Assembly: GCF_036365525.1 (NCBI RefSeq)
Contig: NC_090376.1
Location: forward strand, 44,501,157 to 44,565,156
Reading direction: 5' to 3'
DNA from: Heterodontus francisci
Taxonomy: Eukaryota
Length of the DNA: 64,000 nt
In this document: piece by piece, positions 46,950 through 55,932 of the stretch
Numbering within the stretch: position 1 is the first letter of the stretch
Layout: every line of letters begins with the position of its first letter
Translations under genes and position numbers: made by a program
Notes under the pieces: generated by a model
Told to the model about the DNA's origin: nothing
Databases searched by the model: none
The model's input: only the letters and a program-made list of their open reading frames with translations

Positions 46950-47650
46950 ACAGCAGGCCCTGTCCCGCCGATCACCTGGAGAACCTGGTCTCTATTTGAA
47001 AGGATTGAGGACGTTTCGCATTGTTTACCTCTCGAGCTCGCCATCTTTCTCCATGACAACCCCTCGCGCCTCCAACGTCGGTTTAACCTCACCAGTTGTT
47101 CGGTTATTTTTCAAAACAGCGTCTCAATGCACGAGCACTTTCCGGTTCCAAACCGACCTAGCGCGAGCACCGCGAAAGACCAGCTTCGCCCCGCCCCTAC
47201 ACACAAAGTATAAGGATGGCCTATCTCATCTGCCTGATCACAGCAAAATAAAACGGTCTATAGAAACAGTTGGTTGAACCATAAGACATTAAGCGTATAT
47301 CTGCGGGAAATATTCGACACTTTCTTGAGGAAATTTCTCTCTCCCTCTCCTCCACAAATCCTCCCCCTTTCATTCATACAGGCGACGTCTGAAGACAGAA
47401 AGATTTCTCCAGGCCGGGTTCGCTCCTAACTTGCTGGGGGGAAGGGGGCAGAATCTCTTGCTTTCTGCTCTCTGATTGGATTTCCCCACGTCCTTGCGTC
47501 TTCCAGGGGGCAGGAACGCGAGGTATCTCGTGTTACAATTGGACAATTCTCCTGTCAATTGGCGGATGGAGCATTTCAACCAAGCAAGTTAGTTTGACTC
47601 GTAATTTTGTGCAAATCTTAAGCATCGAGACCAAGTTTTTGGCGAAAAAT
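46950..47650. promoter_or_regulatory. CpG-rich, TATA-less, probably bidirectional promoter
   Basis: CpG density far above the rest of the window; GC box CCCCGCCCC near 47189-47198; ETS-like TTCCGG near 47140; three ATTGG (CCAAT) near 47476, 47538 and 47558; YY1-like AAGATGGCG overlapping exon 1. Confidence 0.75.
47029..47054 (-). CDS. POLR1D: Coding exon 1 (MEKDGELE + split R codon), 26 nt
   Basis: Minus strand reads gttgtc ATG GAG AAA GAT GGC GAG CTC GAG AG|gtaaac; lies in a CpG-rich promoter; resembles human MEEDQELER. Confidence 0.9.
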
Positions 47651-47879
47651 CCTGTTCGGTCTCCTTGAAATATTCAGTTACTTGCACGATTCCTTATGAT
47701 AATATGACATTGTATGGTCAGTGGATGCGGTTTACACCAACAGAAGGTAAAGTATATGTTAAAGAAACGGCTATATGATATTTATTATGCTGTTACTGAT
47801 ATCTTGACAACAGAAGAACCTTGGGAGCGTGTGAGAGAGGAAAAAGCCTGCTATTCCCACCCCTCCCAACTCAGTCTTT

Positions 47880-48375
47880 TTAATGTGAAATCTTCGCGCT
47901 CGGTGGAATGTTTTTCTACAGCCAGTGGTTGCGCAGGATGAAACGGTAGCCGCGGCTGCTGTGTGTGTTTCAGACTATAGGAGAGTACGGCTGATGTGAC
48001 AGTTATTCGGGGAGCAGCTGGAGTCAGGAGATGTGAACAGAGCGCTTCTTGGATTGGGCGCAGAGGCTGCTTTGATGTTGACTAATTGCGTCTACACATC
48101 TCGCCGTGCTTTCAGGAGTGTCTATTATTTCTCTCAGACGGATTTCCACGTGTATAATTTTAAATCTGCCACTTCTGAGTACACTAATAAACCGCAGTAT
48201 TTTGCTTTGGTATAGCTGTATAATGCGCTCATTTTTAACGACGAATTTCCATTTTCTACTATTGCTGTTGATGTCTTGTATCTTTCTCGTCAATCTGTTA
48301 TTTGCTCAATTGCTCTGGTCATTTTGGCTGTCCCTGTGACAAGTATAGACCCAAGTTTTTGACCTTGCACATTTT
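47880..48375 (+). other. Candidate non-coding first exon of a divergent gene (LNX2 by human synteny; not verified)
   Basis: Second CpG-retaining block ending at TTT|GTAAGT (GT at 48376-48377). LNX2 is head-to-head with POLR1D in human. No LNX2 coding sequence is seen in the window, so this is inference. Confidence 0.35.
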
Positions 48376-49073
48376 GTAAGTAGAAGCGTTTTGCTTAGAA
48401 AATGTTCTTGCATTAGCAAAATGTAAACTTCGACTTTTTAAAAATTGACTTGTGATTTACATGCTTCCATGCAGTAGATATGTGTTTTAATGACATTTTA
48501 GCATAAAATGTTTTAAATTAATGGGGTGGCTCAAATAAGCAGATTTTTATTTTGTAGCGACCATAATCCTCATACAAATGTTTGTATTTTGTTAGCCTTT
48601 CCAAATCGTAGGGGCTGTGACTGATTTTAAAAAAAAAATACTGCCATGTTGACGAGTAGTGCGAATCATATTTTACATTTTTGAATAAAAGTAAGGTATG
48701 TTTTAGTGTATCAATTTAACCATTTATTTAATTTTGGTTTGCGTTTTGGTCGTGTATTTAGCATTGCATAATATCTGACTGCCAATCAATTTTGATTGAT
48801 TTGGCATGGGTTTATTATAATTAGAAATTTTAACACCTTTGGACACCAGGGACTTTATTTAATGGGTACTTGTGAGAATAAGTTAATTTATATCTCTTTT
48901 CTGTACTTAGAATTGATTTTGTTCAGCAGTAACAAAATTAGATCAGTGAAACTCAATGTTATGTCATATCTTAGTCATGGTTTACATATGCCTAATTGGA
49001 AATCCAGATTTGGCTGCTTGCATTTCTTATTAGTAAGGAAGAAACCAGTAATAAATACCATTGTTGGATATGT

Positions 49074-49746
49074 GGGACCAGATTTTGCTGAAGCGAGACA
49101 TCTTGCAGTGTGTCCCATTAGTTAGATTTACAATTGCACGTTTTTTAGGTTTTACATTTTTTTTGGCCACAAAGTGTGAGCTAATGATGGCGCAGTGCTG
49201 GCAACAGGGTATTTGGTACCTTGTTGAACACTGGGACAAACTGTATCTCTTTAACCAATGAGATTAACCAACTGAAATAGTGGCAGGACTGCGATGGAGG
49301 CTGAATTAGAATGGGTGAATTCAATATCAAATTGGTACACTGGATTAAGTAACAAAGGAAAATAAGAATTTTTTTTCCCAAGAAAAAAACATTTTTACAG
49401 TTTCCGAAAACAAATCACAACCTGAAGGACTGCAACTCCACACTCTTAATTGTTCACTTTCTGGGCAAAAGAAGTTGATTGGCAGTCATTAACAATTAAA
49501 TCATTAAAAGAATGTTTGTTAATTGCTTTCTGTGTCAAGTTTAATGTGAGTTAATTGTCAAACACAGCAACTTGATGCAATCACGGTGGTTAAGCATGAA
49601 ATGTTTTTGTAAATGTAACTGTGGAGCAGCATAAATCCGCCAGCAATTTGTGGCGATTCATAACTCATGGGGTAGCTGTTGCTCACCGCAAGTCGCTGGC
49701 TAATTTGCACTGTTTGTAGCTGTTTTTACAGAAAATATTTGGTCTC
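49074..49746. mobile_element. Non-autonomous TIR element
   Basis: Imperfect termini GGGACCAGATTTTGCTG and CAGAAAATATTTGGTCTC. Confidence 0.5.
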
Positions 49747-51212
49747 TGATCTCAATATTGGCCTTTGCATAGTCTGTAATTGTGCTTACTTTGCTGGTAA
49801 AATGCTAAGACGAAAAGCAGAGTGAGAGTTTTTTTGATCATTAAATACTAGACCTCCTTTGTTACTGAATGGTGGTGGATGTTAAGTTTAAAATCATACA
49901 CACGACTGTATTAAGGCTTTTTCTACTAAAATTAGTGTGTGGCGAAATCTGCATCACTGTAGTCAAATCTGTGGCTCATCAGCAATTTGTATTGGACAAC
50001 TGATAAACTGTTGTTTTCATTAGGATTGGAAAAGCTTAAACCATCCTAGGACTAATGTAGATTTATTTACCTGAAGTCCCAGACATAACTGTACACTAAA
50101 CAGTTTTCTTGTCCAAATATTCTGAGCTTCTGATTAAATTTAATTGTAAAAACCCTGGAATCCCACTTAATTAAAATAGAATTTTATGCATGTAATTTGT
50201 AGTTCCTCGGAACAGTGATACATATTCTGGAATTCTATGCAATAAAACCGATTTCTTAAGCCACGAACATCTAGGACGTGGATTGATTCTGACAATCGGA
50301 CAAGGCCGTTCTGGGAGGGTTGTGGCTTTGCACAATTTTTTTCATACTTGATATCTGAAGTGCATACCTTTTATGTTACTTATTCATATGGATATACATA
50401 ACCAAATTATACAAAGTGCAAAACGTAAGATTATGAAATCAGCTATTTACTTGTATTTATCAAGCACTAACCACTGTAGATAGCTGGAGCTCTGTAATTG
50501 TCCATCTGTAAAAGGAAGGGCAATTGCTTTTTTTCCTGGGGTGCTGTACCTTTGACTTAGAGAATTTATTTTTTCCCACTGCCAAAAAAAAACACACACA
50601 AGCATTAGGTGGAGGAGGTGATCTGCAGTAATTTTTATGTGATGAGGTATTATGCACAATCTTTTTTGTCAAAGGCTGGTATTTTTTGTTGGCAGAAACA
50701 AATACAGAAGTTAGTGAGTATATGCATTATTCATAAGAACCCATTTAATTTGTCAATCATTATTGGTTTAGCATAGTTTATGAATGCAAAAACGTTCACA
50801 TGATGTAAAACCCTTAGTCTACATTCTCTGGGCGTGTTTTCAAAGCTGCAATACAATTTTAGGGTTTCGATAAGTATTGTCTAATGGAAGATCCAGACGA
50901 AGGTATAATCTTAAAAAAGCTGTGACATTTAGGGGTGCAATCAGGAAGCACTTTTTCTACAAAGAGTAATGGAAATCTGGAACACTCTTCCAAAATGCTG
51001 CAAATGCTAAGACAACTGCAGCTTTGAAGACTAAGGTAGATAGATTTTCTTTTGTTACATAAGGGTGTCAAACTATTCTACTCTCAGTAAACTTGAGGTC
51101 ATCCAAACCTCTCCTGCCCATGTCTTAACTCATATCAAGTCCTGTTTCCCTAAGTACCCCTGTGCTCGCTGACGTATGTTGGCTCCAAGTAAAGCAATGT
51201 TGATTTAAAAAT

Positions 51213-52378
51213 TGTTACGATCGCCTGGTTCATGGTTTATATTTAATTTTGTAGAGATATAACTTAATTTGGGAATTGAATTTTTGAATTGCAAGACAAA
51301 TGAAAATGCTTGGTTTGGGAAGCTGACAAACCTAAGATGGTTACAAGTCAAAGGGTGGCCCATGTTTATTTGGTAAGGTCATATTGGCAAGTGTAAAGAC
51401 CCTACACAATGGGAGCCCCTCTTAAATTATTGATGGAGATGGTGTGTCTGCATCTATTGCAATTGGGGGTTCATATTATTCATATGATTTACCAGATCAA
51501 AAAAGATTTGGAGTTGGAAATATAGTTTAAATTGCTATCTGGGACTTCCACATGTACCACTGTGCTATGGCGATAGATGATTCAAGAGGTGCCAGTTGGG
51601 TTTTTGATCTGTGTGCTTACAGACACAGTCAGTCAGTTGGCTTTTGGAAGTCAGCTGGACTCCTGAGCAAAGAGGCCATCGGGAACTATGTGTTCCTGTT
51701 TTGAGTAAGGCCCGTGCTCAAGCTGGAAAGTCCAGATTCGGAAGGTGATCTGAGACAACTGAGAAACTAAAGAAATTAAAGTGAATTCCTAAGAGCTGTG
51801 GTACACTTTGGCTTGGTCCCAGGAGAGGTGAACAAACTGCCAAGATCCTGTAACAGGGGCGGCGCAGTGGTTAGCATCGCAGCCTCACAGCTCCAGGGAC
51901 CCGGGTTCAATTCTGGGTACTGCCTGTACGGAGTTTGCAAGTTCTCCCTGTGACCGCGTGCGTTTTCGCCGGGTGCTCCGGTTTCCTCCCACTGCCAAAG
52001 ACTTGCAGGTGATGGGTAAATTGGCTGTTGCAAATTACCCCTAGTGTAGGTAGGGAATATGGGATTACTGTAGGGTTAGTATAAATGGGTGGGTCTTGGT
52101 CGGCACAGACTTGGTGGGCCAAAGGGCCTGTTTCAGTGCTGTATCTCTTTATAAAAAAAAACATGTAGGGAAATTCTTGAGGTGGATGCAACAGTCAAAT
52201 AGGAGTTTTCTGTTCAGATTTTAATTTTAAGATGTTTACAAATTGTAAGTTAGTGTTTTGCCTTGTTTAACTCTTGTCTTTGTTTAAAGCGTGAAATCTT
52301 GTAGCATAATTCTCCCAGTAATAACTGGAAATTTGACTTTCTCTTTAAAAGTTAACAGTCCCTAATGGGATCGAAACA
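51213..52378 (+). mobile_element. Solo LTR with 4-bp TSD AAAT, containing an HE1
   Basis: AAAT|TGTTACGATC...GATCGAAACA|AAAT; inverted termini. Strand assignment is tentative. Confidence 0.8.
51857..52161 (+). mobile_element. HE1-type V-SINE
   Basis: Same head, V-domain and tail as the other copies. Confidence 0.92.
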
Positions 52379-52578
52379 AAATTCTCATCCTGTTTTTCAA
52401 ATCTCTCCATGGCCTTGCCGCTCCCTATCTCTATAATCTCCTTCAGCCCCACAACCCTGCAAGATATCTGCACTCCTCTAATTCTGTCCTTGTGCATCCC
52501 TGATTTTGATCAGTTGCCTAGGCCCTAAGCTCTGGAATACCCTCCCTATGCCACGCCACCTCACTTTCCTCTGAGACA

Positions 52579-53565
52579 TGTTAATTGTGTTTAATCAGGT
52601 GAGGGTGTTAATTAGGGTCTTAAATTTGAGTATATATAAGGAGACACTTACTGAAACTGGGTGAAGATTTGACAGAGGAACTGCATGTTTGTAATATTTT
52701 TACTTTGTAAAATAAATACAAGACAGAGTAAGGATTGGCTTCAGTATATTCCTTCAACAGTGGGCTTTCTGGAATGTAACATGGAGAGAATGGTTGCCTA
52801 AAGGTGAAGGTTGGATACTAAAAAACAATTTCACAAAGAAAACTAAAAGCCCAGTGACTATTTGTGGAAAACGGCAGAAAGCAAGTGTATATTGTCAGGG
52901 TATGATTACCCTCTGATGTTCTGAGTCTCAACCATATGACCAGTGGAAGAATGAAGTGGATATGTGGACACGAGTTACGTCCTTGCTAAAGAGAAAACCA
53001 TGTATGGCCTTGGCGTTGTCACTTCCCACCAAAAGTAAAATCAGATGTCAAATGTGAACTGGATACTGTCGGAGGTTTGGATCTTCTGTTCGAATTCTTA
53101 GATGAGATTTACAAGTAAGATGATCTGTTAAATATCTATGAGGCATGGTTAGACTTTGATAGATTTTGGAAACAGATGGTTCTTCAATGGAGGAATATAT
53201 CATGGACTTTAATAGGCTGTATAAAAGATTGAGGAAATTCAATTTGGAGATCCCTGGTTCAGTGCTAGCATTTAAATTGTTAGATTGTGCTAGGGTGTCA
53301 CCTATGGACAGGCTCCTGGTTCTACTGGGGGTTTGGTTCTTGGAAAAAAAACTCCCTGTTGGATCAGATGTCTGCTGCTTAAAAAAAATTCTGGGGAAAC
53401 GGTCATTTCATGCATCCTTGGTAGAACAAATGGGATATTCTACGGTGAAGGTATGAGTGAGGAGTTGCATGTTTTTATTTTTTTTACTTTGTAAAATAAA
53501 TGCAAGACTGAGCAAAGATTAATCAAAGCATAATCCTTCAACAGTAAGCTTTTTGGAATGTAACA
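52579..53565 (+). mobile_element. Internally deleted Ty1/Copia-like (GalEa-like) LTR element with 5-bp TSD AGACA
   Basis: AGACA|TGTTA; 203-bp LTR ending GTAACA at 52781; PBS TGGAGAGAATGGTT (degenerate iMet PBS); gag YDQWKNEVDMW and SMEEYIMDFNRLYKRL....IPGSVLAFKLLDCA; partial 3' LTR ending GTAACA|AGACA. Confidence 0.8.
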
Positions 53566-54049
53566 AGACATTCCTTAAAACCTACCTCTTTGACCAAGCT
53601 TTTGGTTGTCTGACCTAATATCTCTTTTTGTGGCTTGGTGTCATACTTTGTTTTATAATTGCTCGTGTAAAGTCCCTGGGATGTTTTATTAAAGGTGCTA
53701 TATAAATATAAGCTCTTCTTGTAAAGGTTAAAGAGCCACTATGTTAAATGGAATTGAAGTGCATCGTCTAATGGAATAACTTACTTATTCCTATATTGCT
53801 TCCTGAGTGTTTGACATGGTTGAACATTCAATCCTCATCCAATGTCTCTCCGCTATGATCCACTTCTGTGGCACTGCCCTCACTTTCCACATTTACCTGT
53901 CCCAATGTAGCTAGCACATCATCTAAAATGGCTTCTTTTTTCTGGATCTGCACTGTCACCTTGAGTATCCTAAGGTTCTGTACTAATCCTATCCTTGGCT
54001 CTGGTATCATTCTGGGTAAATCTCAACTGTATTCCCTCCAACGCCAATA

Positions 54050-55320
54050 TATCTGTTTAAAAAGGGAGCGAAGGATAAACCGAATAATTACAGGTCAGTC
54101 AGTTTAACCTCCGTAGTGGGTAAATTATTGGAATCTAGTCTGAGAGACAGGATAAACTGTCACTTAGAAAGGCACAGGTTAATCAAGGATAGTCAGCATG
54201 GATTTGTTAAGGGGAGATCTTGTTTGACCAACTTGATCGAATTTTTTGAAGAAGCAACAAGGAAGATAGATGAGGATAGTGCAGTTGATGTGGTCTAAAT
54301 GGATTTTAGCAAGGCTTTTGACAAGGTCCCACATGGCAGACTGGTTTAAAAAAAAAAAATAGCCCATGGGATCCAGGGAAATGCAGCAAGGTGGATACAA
54401 AATTTCTCAGTGGCAGGAGACAAAGGATAATTGTTGACGGGTGTTTTAGCGACTGGAGGGCTGTTTCCGGTGGCGTTCCGCAGGGCTCAGTACTGGGCCC
54501 CCTACTTTTTGTGGTATAAAAAAGATTTGGACTTAAATGTGGGGGGCATGGTCAGGAAGTTCGCAGACGACACAAAGATTGACCGTGAGGAGGATAGCTG
54601 TCGGTTTCAGGAAGATATTGATGGTCTGGTCAGATGAGCAGAAAAGTGGCAAATGGAATTCAAACTGGAGAAGTGTAAGGTGATGCATTTGGGAAAGTCA
54701 AACAAGGCAAAGGAATACACGATTGGGAAAATACTGACAAGTGTAGAGGAAGTGAGGGACCTTGGAGTGAATGTCCACAGATCCCTGAAGGTAGCAGGAC
54801 AAGTTGATAAAGGTGGTTATGAAGGCATATAGAATCCTTTCCTTTAATTAGCCGAGGTATAGAATACAAGAACAGGGAGATTATGCTGGAACTGTATAAG
54901 TCATTGGCTAGGCCACAACTTGAGTACTGTGTGCAGATCTGGTCACCTCATTACAGAAACAACATAATTGCACTGGAGAGAGTACAGAGGAAATTTATGA
55001 GGATGTTGCCAGGACTGGAAAAATGCAGCTATGAGGAAAGATTGGATAGGCTGAAGTTGTTCTCCTTGGAACAGAGAAGGCTGAGGGGAGATCTGATTGA
55101 CATGTACAAAACTTTGAGGGGCCTGGATAGAGTGGAGGTGAAGGGTTTATTCACCTTTAACAGAGAGGTCAGTGATGAGGGGGCATAGATTTAAAGTGAT
55201 TGGTAGAAAGATTAGAGGGGAGATGAGGAAAAACTTTTTCATCCAGAGGGTGCTGGGGGTCTGGAACTCACTGCCTGAGAGGCTAGTTGAGGTAGAAACT
55301 CTCAACTCATTCAAAAGGAA
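54050..55320 (+). mobile_element. CR1/HER1 LINE 3' fragment
   Basis: SQHGFVKGRSCLTNLIEFF, KFADDTK, PQLEYCVQIW and WNSLPE. Confidence 0.9.
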
Positions 55321-55433
55321 CACAGTAATACAGGTGGAGTCTGAGCAAGTTTCTGTATAACTGCAGCATCAGTTTTGAATTGTAACTCCCTGGAGATAAA
55401 AGCCAACGTTCAACTAACCTTTTTTTAAAAAAT

Positions 55434-55932
55434 AAAAGCAAAATATTGCAGATGCTGGAAATCTGAAATAAAAACAGAAAGTGCTAGAAATACTCAGCAG
55501 GTCAGGCAGCATCTGTGGAGAGAGAAGCCGAGTTAACGTTTCAGGTCTGTGACCTTTTATCAGAACTGGCTAAGGTTAGAAAAGAATTAGGTTTTGGGTG
55601 GTGTGGGGTGGTGCGGGGTGGTGGCTGGTGAGGAAGAGAACCAAAGGGAAGGTGTGTGATAGGGCAGAGGGAAGGAGATGTCTTTGACATCTGTCAATTA
55701 ATCTCTCCTGCTCTCTGTCCTATTACACACCTTCCCTTTTGTCCTTCTTTCTCCTCTTTTCCCCCCCCCCCCCCAACAACTCTCAAAGACTGTTACATTG
55801 CTAACCTTTGCCAGTTCTGATGAAAGATCAAAGACCTGTTTTCTCCCTGTACACAGATGCTGCCAGACCTGCCGAGTATTTCGGCACTTTCTGCTCTCAT
55901 TTCAGAGTTCCAGCATCCACAGTATTTTGCTC
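55434..55932. mobile_element. About 500-bp foldback, Penelope-like inverted pseudo-LTR with hammerhead cores
   Basis: Arms are complementary almost to the centre (about 55680-55705); same family as 24852-25131; hammerhead-like cores at 55531-55567 (-) and 55813-55838 (+). Confidence 0.78.

Larger units (their letters stand above)
14921..47054 (-). other. POLR1D: Three-coding-exon gene encoding a 128-aa orthologue of human POLR1D isoform 2 (not the RPAC2/AC19 subunit)
   Basis: Joining 47029-47054 + 20164-20238 + 14921-15206 (26+75+286 = 387 nt) gives MEKDGELER-KAVEELLTEAKRGKARAETMGPMGW-MKCPLPGANKRFLINTVKNTIPSQ...KGTKDY*. This matches human isoform 2 as I recall it (MEEDQELERKAIEELLKEAKRGKTRAETMGPMGWMKCPLASTNKRFLINTIKNTLPS...). 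Both introns are GT-AG and phase-compatible. Confidence 0.93.
51085..53720 (+). mobile_element. L2 3' fragment split into 51085-51212, 52379-52578 and 53566-53720
   Basis: L2 3' sequence (TTTAAAATTCTCATCC, AAGCTCTGGAATACCCTCCC, CCTTAAAACCTACCTCTTTGACCAAGCTTTTGG) is continuous once the two LTR insertions are removed. Confidence 0.8.
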
